This document shows, piece after piece, positions 47,520 to 58,490 of a stretch of DNA of 64,000 nt. The notes beneath the pieces were generated by a model, which worked only from the letters and a program-made list of their open reading frames with translations, had not been told where the DNA came from and ran no database searches. This DNA is from a bacterium. Lineage in GTDB: Bacteria > Patescibacteriota > Microgenomatia > JAMCZE01. Location: positions 3,691-67,690 of the forward strand of contig JAKBJL010000002.1 of the NCBI GenBank assembly GCA_021836035.1. Reading direction: 5' to 3'. The position numbers and the translations under genes are program-made. Numbering within the stretch: the first letter of the stretch is position 1; every line of letters begins with the position of its first letter.

Positions 47520-49068
47520 CGGTTAAGAATTTACCGTTTTTAAACGGGTAAAACTTAATTGCGGAATACCATAAAAACCATACCAGGGAAAGGATATAGA
47601 TAACCCCGAAAAATATCAGGTTATTTGCTTTTAATAGTCCGGGATGGTATTGCGAAAGTTGGGTAATAAATACCTTTAGGCCGGTAAGATCATAATAACT
47701 ACGGGCCACCGTTCCCAAGGCGATAAAGTTTAGGGCGATCATCCCGAACATCAATAAATATATTAATAAATTTTCGGCAAATATAAATCTCGGCGGAATT
47801 AAACTCTTTAGACCGATCAATATGACGGCCATCGCCGGGATAATATTGCTAAACAGGTATCTTCCCTGCAGGCCCTGGGAGAAACCCGTGGACTGCATAA
47901 GCCTCCAGTCCCAGAAAAACAAATATAAGATATAAGAAACGGAAGAGATCAGAAAAAACCCCAACGCCCGCGTTTCAAAAGAAATCTTTTTGGATCTGAT
48001 AACTTTTACAAAATAGATAAATATCCCCAGCCCTGCCAGAGCCGCCACCCTGGTAATTATTTTCATAATAAGGGGCGGTAATGTTACTCCCAGCCATTTA
48101 AAAACGCCCCAATACCAGGGCCACATTTCAAAAACCATCTTCGGCACCCGGAATCTTAAATATTTTGTTATTCCCAAAGAGCGGAGGGGACTGGCGGCAG
48201 TAACCACGGGCATATAGGGAATCGGCCATTGCAAAATAAACGCCGCTAGCGGAAGCAACAATAACCCGGCGGCAAGCATTCCCCCCGCCAATTTACCCCG
48301 GAAACGCGAAAAAATAATCACAGCCCCGGCCACCGGCAAAAAGAAAACCATTAATATTTTGGTCTCCATCCCCAGAAATATAACCAGCGCCAGAACGGCT
48401 AAATAACTTGGTTTTAAGCCGTTCTTGATGATACGAAGGCAAACCAGAATTCCCAGAGAATATAAAAGATTTAGGAGATTATCCGGATGAAAACCGGCGG
48501 CCAGGAAACTAACCATCGGCTGAAAGGCAACCATCACGGCTAAGGCTATAGCCGCTAACCCTTTGCCCCAAATTTCCCTGCCGACCAAAAAGGCGACAAA
48601 TGCCAAAAGCAAATGGCTGATAAGGGAAAGCAGCCGAACGGCGAAAAGCCGGTCCATCAGGCCGTTTTTGTAAAAAAGGTTATACAGCGGTAAGGCCAGT
48701 TGATAGTAAAGGGGAGGATATCCCGCCGCTTCCCGGCCCACGTAAGCAGTCCGCGCGGATAGAGGCTGGGAGTTGATTAACCCCTCGTTAATCCCGTTAA
48801 AATTTTTAGCATAGGCGATTTTATAATCCGGATGATAGGTATATTTATTGTTACCGAAATTATCCCGTTTGGTTCCGAGCAGTTCTTCGGAGAGGGCAAC
48901 TTCCCGGGAAAGATTAAGTTCAGCGATTTGCAGGGTCTTTTTTTCCGCGTACCATTGCAGTTGCACAAAATGCGCCTGTTCATCCGGCGCCTGCCAAGGA
49001 GGAACCACCAGCCACCAGATCAGGCTTTTAAAAAAAAGTGCTGAAAATAAGATTATCAGCAGCTTCAT
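47503..49068 (-). CDS. DUF2142-like GT-C membrane protein
   Basis: PPWQAPDEQAH, YPPLYY, QGRYL. Confidence 0.8.
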   Translation of the reverse strand: MKLLIILFSALFFKSLIWWLVVPPWQAPDEQAHFVQLQWYAEKKTLQIAELNLSREVALSEELLGTKRDNFGNNKYTYHPDYKIAYAKNFNGINEGLINSQPLSARTAYVGREAAGYPPLYYQLALPLYNLFYKNGLMDRLFAVRLLSLISHLLLAFVAFLVGREIWGKGLAAIALAVMVAFQPMVSFLAAGFHPDNLLNLLYSLGILVCLRIIKNGLKPSYLAVLALVIFLGMETKILMVFFLPVAGAVIIFSRFRGKLAGGMLAAGLLLLPLAAFILQWPIPYMPVVTAASPLRSLGITKYLRFRVPKMVFEMWPWYWGVFKWLGVTLPPLIMKIITRVAALAGLGIFIYFVKVIRSKKISFETRALGFFLISSVSYILYLFFWDWRLMQSTGFSQGLQGRYLFSNIIPAMAVILIGLKSLIPPRFIFAENLLIYLLMFGMIALNFIALGTVARSYYDLTGLKVFITQLSQYHPGLLKANNLIFFGVIYILSLVWFLWYSAIKFYPFKNGKFLTDESKN

Positions 49069-50006
49069 CGGAGGTTACAAAAATATTGACAGGTTAAATT
49101 AATCCCCTCCTCAAAAGAGACCTCGGGCTTCCATTTCAACAATATTTCCGCCTTGCGGATATCGGCGAGGGTATTCTTGGGCTCAATAACCGCGGGGCCG
49201 TGAACCGGCTTAATAGCGGAACCGAGGCTCTCCAGAATTTTTTTGGTAACCTCATTTACCGAATAATTCTTTCCCCCGCCGATATTAAAATAATTGCCCA
49301 AAACCTTTTTATTGCGGCTTGTGGCCGCCAGGATATTTGCCCGTACCACATCGGAAACATAAGTAAAATCCCTGGTTTGTTTTCCGTTTCCGTATATCTT
49401 CGGGCTTTCCCCGGACTTAATTAACCTGATAAATTTGGGAATTAAATTGGAATAGTCGCCGTCGGGATTCTGCCTCGGTCCGTAAACATTAAAATACCTC
49501 AGGCTTACGGTTTCTAATTTGTAAATGAGAGTAAATAAGCGGCAGTAGAATTCGCCGGTCATTTTTTGCAAGGCATAGGGGGAAATGGGGCTTAAGCCCA
49601 TCGTCTCCGTCAGGGGAAGGGTTGTTTGGTCGCCGTAGACGGAGGAGCTTGAGGAAAAAATAAAACGTTTTATCTGATATTTACGGCTAAGCAATAATAA
49701 ATTTAAAGTGCCGTTAATATTGTTATCATGGGTTTCCTGCGGATAATCAATTGAGTACTGTACTCTCGGTTTCGCGGCGAGATGAAACACCCAATCAAAT
49801 TTTTCCCGCTTAAATAAATTTTCCAAATTATCCTTAATATTTTTTTTAGCAAAAGTAAAATGTTTATGATTAAAACATGCTGCCAAATTCTTTTCTTTCC
49901 CGGTAGACAGATCGTCAATCGCTGTTACTTCGTAACCCCTGCTCAACAAACGCTCTGCTAGGTGGCTACCGATAAAACCGGCACCGCCGGTCACTAAACA
50001 TTTCAT
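49065..50006 (-). CDS. NDP-sugar 4-epimerase (extended SDR)
   Basis: VTGGAGFIGS, SSSSVYG, YALQK, RYFNVYGP, QTRDF. Confidence 0.92.
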   Translation of the reverse strand: MKCLVTGGAGFIGSHLAERLLSRGYEVTAIDDLSTGKEKNLAACFNHKHFTFAKKNIKDNLENLFKREKFDWVFHLAAKPRVQYSIDYPQETHDNNINGTLNLLLLSRKYQIKRFIFSSSSSVYGDQTTLPLTETMGLSPISPYALQKMTGEFYCRLFTLIYKLETVSLRYFNVYGPRQNPDGDYSNLIPKFIRLIKSGESPKIYGNGKQTRDFTYVSDVVRANILAATSRNKKVLGNYFNIGGGKNYSVNEVTKKILESLGSAIKPVHGPAVIEPKNTLADIRKAEILLKWKPEVSFEEGINLTCQYFCNLR

Positions 50007-50008
50007 AT

Positions 50009-51160
50009 TTAATCTTCCGATATTATACAGTCCAATTGTTTTATGGAGGTATCCCAATTAAACGCTTTGGCGATAAGCTTCTGCGCCTTCCCGGACAACT
50101 CTGTTGCTAATTGCTCATTTTCTAAAATCCTGCTGATTGCCCCCGACAACCCCCGGATATCACCCGGGCTTATCGTAAGGGCCGTTTTATTTTTAAGGGC
50201 GATTTCGTCTGTTCCGGGAATATCCGTACAAACTACCGGCGTACCGACGGAAAAGGACTCTAAAATACTGTGGGGCAAGCCTTCATAAATTGAGTTGAGG
50301 ATAAACAAATTGGAGTCGGCAAGAATTTTTAAGGTTTCCTCCCGTCTTTTTCTGCCGAGAAACCGGACAAAGGGAGCTATTAAATATTTTTTCTGCAATT
50401 CCGCCGCCAGCTTTTCCAAATTGGCTTTTTCCTGACCGTCGCCGACGACTACCAGTTTTACCCCGATCCCCCTTTTTTTATTAACCAGAGCGACGGCTTC
50501 GATTATCCCGTCAACTTTTTTCCAGGGCACCAGCCGTCCGAAATAAATAGCCCGGTAGGCGTTTTTCTTTTTAAAATTCCGTTTGCTTGGTTTTGGAAGA
50601 TCAATAGCGTTATAAATTAGCGTAATTTTGGAGCGCTTAATTTGGTATTTAGTAAAAATAATATCAGCCAGGAATTTCGAAGGCACTATTATTTTATCGG
50701 CCAGTAAAAAAGACAGTCTGGTTAATAGTATTACTACCCTGCTCCCCAACCCCGAATCCGGTTGTTCTAAAAATGCGGGGAGAAACTTTCCGGTTAGCCC
50801 CTTTGCGAATGCCGTTTCCCAGGCAGGATCCCCCACATACTTAAGCAAAACCTTTTTATGCAATAGCTTCCCGATAACCACCGTTGCCAATCCGGCCACA
50901 ATCGGATCCTGAGCAAAGAACACTTCGCAATCCCGACCGTAAATAAGCAATTTCCGTACCAAATCGAATTGGCGTGTCAGAGTATTACCCTCCTGGGTTA
51001 CTGCGTATATTTCGGCTCCGTCTAGGTTGTCGGGATTGGGAGTAAAAGTTAAGACGCAAAAAGAGTATTTGTCTTTTAGTCTTTTAATTATTTCCGGGAC
51101 ATAAGAAGCCGGACCGCCTGTTTCCGGGGGGAAAATGGAAGTAGCAATCAGAATCTTCAT
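50009..51160 (-). CDS. GT4 glycosyltransferase
   Basis: FPPETGGPA, GRLVPWKK, YEGLPHSILE. Confidence 0.9.
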   Translation of the reverse strand: MKILIATSIFPPETGGPASYVPEIIKRLKDKYSFCVLTFTPNPDNLDGAEIYAVTQEGNTLTRQFDLVRKLLIYGRDCEVFFAQDPIVAGLATVVIGKLLHKKVLLKYVGDPAWETAFAKGLTGKFLPAFLEQPDSGLGSRVVILLTRLSFLLADKIIVPSKFLADIIFTKYQIKRSKITLIYNAIDLPKPSKRNFKKKNAYRAIYFGRLVPWKKVDGIIEAVALVNKKRGIGVKLVVVGDGQEKANLEKLAAELQKKYLIAPFVRFLGRKRREETLKILADSNLFILNSIYEGLPHSILESFSVGTPVVCTDIPGTDEIALKNKTALTISPGDIRGLSGAISRILENEQLATELSGKAQKLIAKAFNWDTSIKQLDCIISED

Positions 51161-51175
51161 TAATGAATTATCTTC

Positions 51176-52153
51176 CTATTGGACGGCCTTGGCAATTTGG
51201 GAGGCTACGGATAACCTGCCCTTATCACCAAGGTGCTCGTTAATCGGACCTTCCGTTTTCCAGACAAAATCCGCCGACGGCAACGAATAGGAAAGGTCTA
51301 GAACTTTAACGTTGGGCCCTTTTAAGACCGATTTTACAACGCGGATATTCTCTTTGATGACCGCGGTAATTTCCGGGCCAAAGTTTTCTTGGATAGTCTG
51401 ATAATCAAGGGGCGTAAAATAAAAAATCAAATTGACCGGATATTCCCGGAAACAATCAATAATATCTCTTAAAGATTTAATTTTGCGGTGACCGGGACTA
51501 ACGGGTTGCAGATATTCGAAAGCGATAATCTTTTTAAACTCCTCGGGGGAATATTTAAAACTATCGATTTTCATAATATCCCGGACTAGGGCAATTTTAT
51601 GCTTCCCGATATATATAGGAGTATTATTAAAGTTATCCGCGCTAGCCCCGTTTAACAATTGATCAGCCTTAAAAACAGCCAGGGGATTATAAGCCGCCAC
51701 TCCCAATGGATACTTGGCTAAGTTTAAGAATAATCGTTCCCGCTCAAACTGGTATTCGGGCCGCAAATCCCATTCCGGAGAAAAAGAACGGATGTTAACC
51801 GGAATAATAATAGCCTGCGGTTTAACTCTCCGGCCGGCGATATACTTGCTATATGCAAGATAAATATCGGGTTGGGAAGCGGCTTGGGCAATTGCCGCGA
51901 CCGTCAGGGGTTTTACCAAATCACTAGTCATCTGCGGCAGGGTCCGCTTATCAGTATCCGTAGCCGCTACCCTCTCTATAATACTATCCCCGAAGTAAAG
52001 GATATCCTTTGGGGAACTCAGATTATCAAAATTAGTAGCGAAACCTTCCGAAACAGAATTTGCGACAGCCGAAGGTTTAAAGGAATAAATCAGCAATTGC
52101 AAAACGATAACCAGAAAAGCAAATATCAGGACTTTATACAAAAAAATCTTCAT
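51176..52153 (-). CDS. SGNH/DltD-like extracytoplasmic partner of the MBOAT
   Basis: N-terminal TM, YFGDS (GDS), C-terminal NEHL; immediately downstream of the MBOAT gene. Confidence 0.7.
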   Translation of the reverse strand: MKIFLYKVLIFAFLVIVLQLLIYSFKPSAVANSVSEGFATNFDNLSSPKDILYFGDSIIERVAATDTDKRTLPQMTSDLVKPLTVAAIAQAASQPDIYLAYSKYIAGRRVKPQAIIIPVNIRSFSPEWDLRPEYQFERERLFLNLAKYPLGVAAYNPLAVFKADQLLNGASADNFNNTPIYIGKHKIALVRDIMKIDSFKYSPEEFKKIIAFEYLQPVSPGHRKIKSLRDIIDCFREYPVNLIFYFTPLDYQTIQENFGPEITAVIKENIRVVKSVLKGPNVKVLDLSYSLPSADFVWKTEGPINEHLGDKGRLSVASQIAKAVQ

Positions 52154-52155
52154 TA

Positions 52156-53667
52156 CTAAAACTGAAAGTAGATAAATTTCGATGGCTTCATGGCTCCAAA
52201 ATTAATTATTAAGAGAACAATAACTATATATACAAACCAGCGCGCCGTTAAAGGCAGGCGGGAAAATCGCTCCCAGAAATTATCGCGTCTGTCCAGGTAT
52301 TCAAAAACTAATAAAATTAATAGGCCGATAACCAGCATCATAAATTCAAGCTCGGGCATATCCATCTTCAAGGGTAAATATAATTGATACAGCAATAATT
52401 TATTGGCCTGTCCGGAAAGAACTAACGGCAGCGATTCCCAAAAATAACGAAAATATCCTCCCCAACCCCGAAAGATATCTAAGGCAATATATCGGGCATC
52501 GAAAAGGTTATTGGCGCGAAAGAAGATCCAGGCATAAGTAACTATGACAAAGGTAGTTAATATTTTGATCGCGGAAAATATTTTTAATCCTAAACCCGAG
52601 AGAATATTTTCCAGCAGAACCATCGGCCGGCTAATAAACCTGCCCAATAAATAATAGGAGGCGTGAAGAGCTCCCCAAATAATAAAGGTCCAGTTGGCCC
52701 CGTGCCAAAGACCGCTCAAAAGAAAAACCGCCAGGATGGCGATTATAAAACGATTTATGCCGTACCGACTGCCTCCGATCGGGATATAGACATAATCACG
52801 AAACCAGGAAGAAAGAGAAATATGCCATCTTTGCCAGAAGTCACCGATATCCTTTGCCAGATACGGATGGCGGAAGTTAACCATTAATTTAATGCCCATT
52901 ACCCGGGCCGCTCCGATCGCAATATCCGAATAAGCGGAGAAATCACAATAGATTTGGACCGCAAAATAAAAAGTCGCCATAAACAGAACCGGGCCGTGAA
53001 ACAGCGTCGGCTGGTTATAAATATAATTAACCGCCACCGCCAGACGGTCGGCAATAAACATTTTTTTAAATAGCCCCCAGGCCATAAGCCGCAACCCGCT
53101 TACGGCATTATCGTAATTGAACGAGTGCCTAACTTTTATCTGCGGCAGGAGATTTTGCGGCCGTTCGATCGGCCCGGCAACCAACTGCGGATAAAACACG
53201 ACATAGAGGGCATAGGTCAAGATCTTTTTCTCCGGCTTTATTTTACCCCGATAAACCTCGATCGTATAAGCCATGGCCTGGAAAGTATGGAAGGAAAGGC
53301 CTATCGGCAAAATAATTTCTAACAGAGGGGTAGCATAGCCAACCCCCAGCCAATTAAATAAGGCATTAAGATTAGCGCTAAAGAAGTTGAAATACTTGAA
53401 AAAGCCCAGAAAACCGAGATTGGAAATCAGGCTGATGGTTAAAAATAACCCCCTCTTGGTCTTTTTGCTTTTTGCGATCAGAATTCCCGCAAAGTAGTCA
53501 ATAATAATCAAAGTAATTAAAATGAAAATATAACGGGGAATAAATACCATATAAAATACGGCACCGGCCAAAAGCAGGAGAATGGTACGAAACCTAAAAG
53601 GCAAAACGAAATAAAGGAGGGTAACGATCGGAAAAAACAGGACAAACTGCCAAGAGTTAAATAACAT
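52156..53667 (-). CDS. MBOAT O-acyltransferase (AlgI/DltB/PatA family)
   Basis: LPIGLSFHTFQ, LVAGPIER, FWQRWHISLSSWFRDYVY, GLWHGA. Confidence 0.95.
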   Translation of the reverse strand: MLFNSWQFVLFFPIVTLLYFVLPFRFRTILLLLAGAVFYMVFIPRYIFILITLIIIDYFAGILIAKSKKTKRGLFLTISLISNLGFLGFFKYFNFFSANLNALFNWLGVGYATPLLEIILPIGLSFHTFQAMAYTIEVYRGKIKPEKKILTYALYVVFYPQLVAGPIERPQNLLPQIKVRHSFNYDNAVSGLRLMAWGLFKKMFIADRLAVAVNYIYNQPTLFHGPVLFMATFYFAVQIYCDFSAYSDIAIGAARVMGIKLMVNFRHPYLAKDIGDFWQRWHISLSSWFRDYVYIPIGGSRYGINRFIIAILAVFLLSGLWHGANWTFIIWGALHASYYLLGRFISRPMVLLENILSGLGLKIFSAIKILTTFVIVTYAWIFFRANNLFDARYIALDIFRGWGGYFRYFWESLPLVLSGQANKLLLYQLYLPLKMDMPELEFMMLVIGLLILLVFEYLDRRDNFWERFSRLPLTARWFVYIVIVLLIINFGAMKPSKFIYFQF

Positions 53668-53730
53668 ACGTATCTCCCACCATCCTTAAATTTAGCTACC
53701 CCGTTGTCTCTCTTTAAAAAATGAAGTGTT

Positions 53731-54633
53731 TTATCTGTTAAATTTTTTCTTCTCGAATATCCTAAAGTGATCAATAATATATTGCAGGAAAAGTATAGGC
53801 GGGTTTAAGAGAAGTCCCGCCCTGGGGTGAAGTATGGGAAAAACCCGTAAGGCCTTCCAGGTACGGTATATACTGTGCCTTGGTTTTATTAAGCCCCGGG
53901 GTGTTAAAATTAAATCAACGTTTGCCAAATCGAATGCATGACTCCTGTCGGGATCTAAGAGAATATTAATCTGGCGCTCGGATCCTGAAAGTATCTTCTC
54001 CAAACCTCCGGCATGAGAATAATCGTGATTTTGATGAACGGCGGTTATGACAGAAGACGCATCAACAAGAGGAATATTTTTCTTTTTCGCCTGATAAAGA
54101 AACCAATTATCCCAAACCGATCTGCCTATAATAAATGGCGGTATTTCCAAATCCAAACCTCTGGGAAAAATAAAATAATCTACCGCCTTGATTGATCTGA
54201 TGTTCCCTTCTTTCTGCACCTTTTTGGTAAAGTCCTTTTTCCAATTTCCCCTAAATATATTTTCTTTTTTGGTATCAAAATCCCAGCGTTGCCCGATAAT
54301 TAAAAACTTTTTGCTGCTAATCTCCGATATTTTGGGTAAACATTCGCTAAGCATAATCAAGTCGGAATTAATATATGCCAACAATGGGTATTTGGCCGCC
54401 CGTTCAGCTTGGGAAAATAAATCGGAAACAATCGGGGTGCCTTCCTTGCTGAGTTTTATCCGTGGAATATGCCTTAAACCATACTTTCCGGCTATTTCTC
54501 TTACGCCATCTTCATCTCCCAACAGAATAATTTCACATTTCGGGCTCAGTTTGCTCCAGCTTAAAATAGCGTTTTCCTGAATATCGGCAAATCTGCCCTT
54601 AAATGCTTTAGGAGTAGTAAAAATTGTAAGCAT
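53731..54633 (-). CDS. Putative GT-A fold glycosyltransferase
   Basis: TPKAF, YINSD, WDNW, HQNHDY. Confidence 0.6.
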   Translation of the reverse strand: MLTIFTTPKAFKGRFADIQENAILSWSKLSPKCEIILLGDEDGVREIAGKYGLRHIPRIKLSKEGTPIVSDLFSQAERAAKYPLLAYINSDLIMLSECLPKISEISSKKFLIIGQRWDFDTKKENIFRGNWKKDFTKKVQKEGNIRSIKAVDYFIFPRGLDLEIPPFIIGRSVWDNWFLYQAKKKNIPLVDASSVITAVHQNHDYSHAGGLEKILSGSERQINILLDPDRSHAFDLANVDLILTPRGLIKPRHSIYRTWKALRVFPILHPRAGLLLNPPILFLQYIIDHFRIFEKKKFNR

Positions 54634-54681
54634 AAATATGCGCCTGGAATTCCGGGAGAAATTGTGCGGTTAATTTATATT

Positions 54682-55674
54682 TTAGATTCCCCTGTCTTTC
54701 AGCTTTGCTACCTGTTTATTAATCCAATTATAAGTCGGGATTAATCCCTGTGTCAGACTAATTCTTGGTTCCCAATTCAACTTTTCTCTTGCCAATCTGT
54801 TGTCAGAATTCCTCCCCCTGACGCCCGTTGGTCCTTCTGTATGATCAATGGTTATTTCTTTAGCTGCAATGTTAATAATTATGTTTGCCAACCGGTTTAT
54901 GGAAACCATTTCTTCCGAACCGATATTTACAGGTCCGCTGAAATTCGGAGTATCCATTAGTTTTCTCATCCCATCAAGGCAATCTTCAATATACAGAAAA
55001 GACCTTGTTTGCCGTCCGTCCCCCCACATCTCGATCCGGCCCGGATTCGAAGCTTCCGCAACCTTACGGCAAGTTGCGGCCGGTACCTTTTCTCTTCCGC
55101 CCCGCCAGGTGCCTTCGGGTCCATATACGTTATGAAATCTGGCTATTCTGACTTTCAGGTGGTAATTTTTTTGATAGCTTAAATATAAATGTTCGCTAAA
55201 AAGTTTTTCCCATCCATATTCACTATCGGGGTCTGCGGGATAAGCCGAGTCTTCCGAGCAAACCGGATTTTCCGGATCTTTTTGATTATAAGAAGGATAA
55301 ACGCAGGCCGAAGAAGAATAAAATACCTCGCCGGCTCCCCTTAATTTGAGAGCATTTAAAACATTAAGATTAATTATTGCGGAATCAGATATTATCTCCG
55401 CGTCGTGTTCACCGGTAAAAATATAACCGGCTCCGCCCATATTTGCCGCCAGCTGGTATACTTCGTTAAACTTTCGGTCAAAGACTCGGTTAACAAAATC
55501 TTTTTCTCTTAAGTCACCGATTATAAATTCGTCAGCGGTAGACTTGCTGAATTCCGGTTCTTTGATATCAACTCCCCTTACCCAATAGTTATCGCGGCTT
55601 AACCGCTTAACCAGATGGCTGCCGATAAATCCTCCGGCACCGCATACTAAAGCTGTTTTTTCTTTTTTAAACAT
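54682..55674 (-). CDS. GDP-mannose 3',5'-epimerase-like SDR
   Basis: GAGGFIG, LAANMGG, SSACVY, YGWEK, RFHNVYGPEGTW.GGREK.PAA.CRK. Confidence 0.8.
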   Translation of the reverse strand: MFKKEKTALVCGAGGFIGSHLVKRLSRDNYWVRGVDIKEPEFSKSTADEFIIGDLREKDFVNRVFDRKFNEVYQLAANMGGAGYIFTGEHDAEIISDSAIINLNVLNALKLRGAGEVFYSSSACVYPSYNQKDPENPVCSEDSAYPADPDSEYGWEKLFSEHLYLSYQKNYHLKVRIARFHNVYGPEGTWRGGREKVPAATCRKVAEASNPGRIEMWGDGRQTRSFLYIEDCLDGMRKLMDTPNFSGPVNIGSEEMVSINRLANIIINIAAKEITIDHTEGPTGVRGRNSDNRLAREKLNWEPRISLTQGLIPTYNWINKQVAKLKDRGI

Positions 55675-55683
55675 CGCGGACTT

Positions 55684-57015
55684 TCATTGATGAATTCCCA
55701 AAGGAATATATTTTGTACTTTCAGGCAGCTTTTGCCGATTCAAAATCCTCCAACAATCAATAATTGTATGGTTGTCCCTTAATAATTTACTATCGATTGT
55801 TTTGTATATTTTGTCCGAAGTGGCAATTACACATAATTTGCTTTTAGCGATAGCTTCAGCCACCGAAGCGCAATAAATTACCCGGCTGTTAAACTTGCTT
55901 TTTGTATTTTCCATAGCCAAAGGATCATAAACATAAACCCGGAATCTCTTTTCAATTAAACTTCTCACCAATTTAATTCCCGGAGACTCGGTGATTACAG
56001 ACGTACCCGGTTTGAAAGCCATACCCAGCACCGTGACACTATTTTCGCCGCTATCCGCAGCGGCCCGCAATACTTTCTCCAACAAAAGCTTATTCTGCAG
56101 ATTATTTATTTCTTCCGTTGCTTCTACCAGGGGGGTTTTAATTTTGAATTTTTTCCCTAAAGCTCTAAAAGCACCCGTATCCCGGGGAAAACAGGTCCCT
56201 CCGTAACCCAACCCGCCCTTTAAATAATAAGGTGAGATACGGCGATCGGCTCCCAAAGCCTTACACACCTTATCTACACTCCCTCCGGGTATTCTCTCGC
56301 ATATATTGGCAATGGAATTAGCAAAACTAATCTTCATGGTTATAAAAGTATTTAAGGCCATTTTGACAATTTCGGCATTAATCAGGGACATTCTAAAGAC
56401 TGGCGTACCTACCGGACATAAGCTTTGATATAATTTTTGGCTTAAAGAACCGGCGTGTTTGTCACTCTCACCGATAAGCACCAAATCGGGATTCAGAAAA
56501 TCATGAATTACAGACCCCAAAGCAACAAAATCCGGAATATAACATACCCCAAATCCTTTATTTAGACGGCGGTTGGAATATTTCTCTATTAAGGGAATTA
56601 GTTTTTCGTTAATTGTGGTAGGCATCACGGTGCTGCTGACAATGAACAAATGATATTTTTTAGGACTATTCTTCAGCGCTGCGGATAAAGACTTCAGCGC
56701 GGTCTCGATATATTTATTGGAAAAATTATCTTTCCTGTCGCTGGGGGTAGCCACAATAACTATCGTAATATCCGTTTCCCCAATAGCCCGACGATGGTCG
56801 GAAGTAACCTGAAGTCTTTTCTTTACCCTCTTTAACAATTCCCCTAAACCTTTTTCCGCGATGGGTGACTGTCCCGCGTTTATAGCCGCAACTATATTTG
56901 AATTGATATCTATGCCCAGTACCCGGTATCCTTTCGAGGCAAAACACGCTGCCAGACATAAACCCAGCTTCCCCAGACCAACCACTGATATTTTTGGCGG
57001 AACAATTTTATTCAT
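55684..57015 (-). CDS. UDP-glucose/GDP-mannose dehydrogenase family protein
   Basis: GLGKLG, SSTVMP, KISFAN, GYGGTCFPRD, AFKP. Confidence 0.92.
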   Translation of the reverse strand: MNKIVPPKISVVGLGKLGLCLAACFASKGYRVLGIDINSNIVAAINAGQSPIAEKGLGELLKRVKKRLQVTSDHRRAIGETDITIVIVATPSDRKDNFSNKYIETALKSLSAALKNSPKKYHLFIVSSTVMPTTINEKLIPLIEKYSNRRLNKGFGVCYIPDFVALGSVIHDFLNPDLVLIGESDKHAGSLSQKLYQSLCPVGTPVFRMSLINAEIVKMALNTFITMKISFANSIANICERIPGGSVDKVCKALGADRRISPYYLKGGLGYGGTCFPRDTGAFRALGKKFKIKTPLVEATEEINNLQNKLLLEKVLRAAADSGENSVTVLGMAFKPGTSVITESPGIKLVRSLIEKRFRVYVYDPLAMENTKSKFNSRVIYCASVAEAIAKSKLCVIATSDKIYKTIDSKLLRDNHTIIDCWRILNRQKLPESTKYIPLGIHQ

Positions 57016-58490
57016 TAAATTTCCAATGCGCCTTTCCAGCTTGGGTATGGTTTATAGTCATAATATTTATTTTTGTTATTTTTTAAACAGGTTTTGTATT
57101 TAGGATTATTAGTTACAATCTCGATTTCGTCAAGGCTTTTGATATCAAGATGCTTTTTACCGGATAAAAAATAGGCGAATTGTTTAATTTTTAAAGGATT
57201 AAAACCCATCAGGCGGGTACTTACCACGTCTACGGCAAGTAAGCTTTCGCCACCGACCAATATTCCCGATCTCTTCGGATCGGGGACCAGCGGCCCCATA
57301 TTCTCGCCGCCAACAATGCCGTCCACAATCGAAAAAGTTTTCCGTACTTTCCGGGGTAATTCCCTGCCTCCGGAGGAATAATAATAAATAATCCTAAAGA
57401 GGTCGGCTACCCCCCGCCAGGCAGTATCGTTTCCCGGCCAATTGCCGGCATCCCAAATCCTTTTTTCAGCCGGAATATTTAAACCAAACCGGGCAAGCAA
57501 CTTTAAATACAACCCTCCGTATATCAAACGGTGGACCGTGTCATAAACGGTTTGCCTTTTTGCCAAAAATTTATCATACATCCACCTCTCAAAATGGATA
57601 ACAATCTTCTCTTTCCCCGATAACAATTTATCCGGGAATTGATCCCCCTTCGCGGAGGGTGTTCCCAAACGATAATGGACAAATGAATTTTTATTAGTAC
57701 AAATCCCTACTAATCCTTTGCCGTTTAGGGTAACCCCGACTTTTTTATGAACTTTCATTTTGGGAAGAGAAATATAGACATCGGCTTCCAGGACTGACCG
57801 GGATAATTCATATATGTTTCTGCCTTCGGTATGGTGAGAAATTGTCTCATGGCGGTCATAAAAAGCTCCGTAAAAATTTTTATTTTCTATCCCCCATAAG
57901 GCGCTATCTTCTTTTAGGTCACAGAGGACCGACCCTTTCGGATCGCCCCGCAAAGGAATCATAAAAGAACTAAAGTGGCGGGACTTTGACCAATAATTCT
58001 GCAAGTTCAGGTAACTGACACGGGGACCGGGATATTTTCGATAAAAATTACATACATCGTCCAGCCCTGTTACTTTAATTAAATTGGTAAAGTTACAGTC
58101 ATATTGGGGTGCATCTGCAATAATAATTTTGCCTTTGCCCGCTAAGGCGATCCAGCAATAATCGCTTACCGCCCTGATAACTGCAGGGTGGGTAATAATG
58201 CCATATATACTTTTACCACCGCGATGGCGATCAAGCACAAAGTTCGGTTTAATTATTACGGTCATGCCCGGTTTAATTAACCATTTCAGCGGATTCCAGC
58301 CTACCGAACCGAAGTTTCCAATATCGTATTTCAGGGAATGCAGCAGCTCTCTGACGCCATTATATACGTCATTCCGTTCTCCTTTCTGCAGCTCGGCAAA
58401 GGGGTATTCCGGAAATTTATGCGAAGGATGATAGGGAGCCGAACGGGGGTAGCGCGTGCGACCCATATCGTAAATCCCCACCCTGGTCAT
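57015..58490 (-). CDS. DUF362 domain protein
   Basis: IIKPNFV, THP, ISLPKMKVH...TLNGK, IVDGIVGGENMGP. Confidence 0.85.
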   Translation of the reverse strand: MTRVGIYDMGRTRYPRSAPYHPSHKFPEYPFAELQKGERNDVYNGVRELLHSLKYDIGNFGSVGWNPLKWLIKPGMTVIIKPNFVLDRHRGGKSIYGIITHPAVIRAVSDYCWIALAGKGKIIIADAPQYDCNFTNLIKVTGLDDVCNFYRKYPGPRVSYLNLQNYWSKSRHFSSFMIPLRGDPKGSVLCDLKEDSALWGIENKNFYGAFYDRHETISHHTEGRNIYELSRSVLEADVYISLPKMKVHKKVGVTLNGKGLVGICTNKNSFVHYRLGTPSAKGDQFPDKLLSGKEKIVIHFERWMYDKFLAKRQTVYDTVHRLIYGGLYLKLLARFGLNIPAEKRIWDAGNWPGNDTAWRGVADLFRIIYYYSSGGRELPRKVRKTFSIVDGIVGGENMGPLVPDPKRSGILVGGESLLAVDVVSTRLMGFNPLKIKQFAYFLSGKKHLDIKSLDEIEIVTNNPKYKTCLKNNKNKYYDYKPYPSWKGALEI

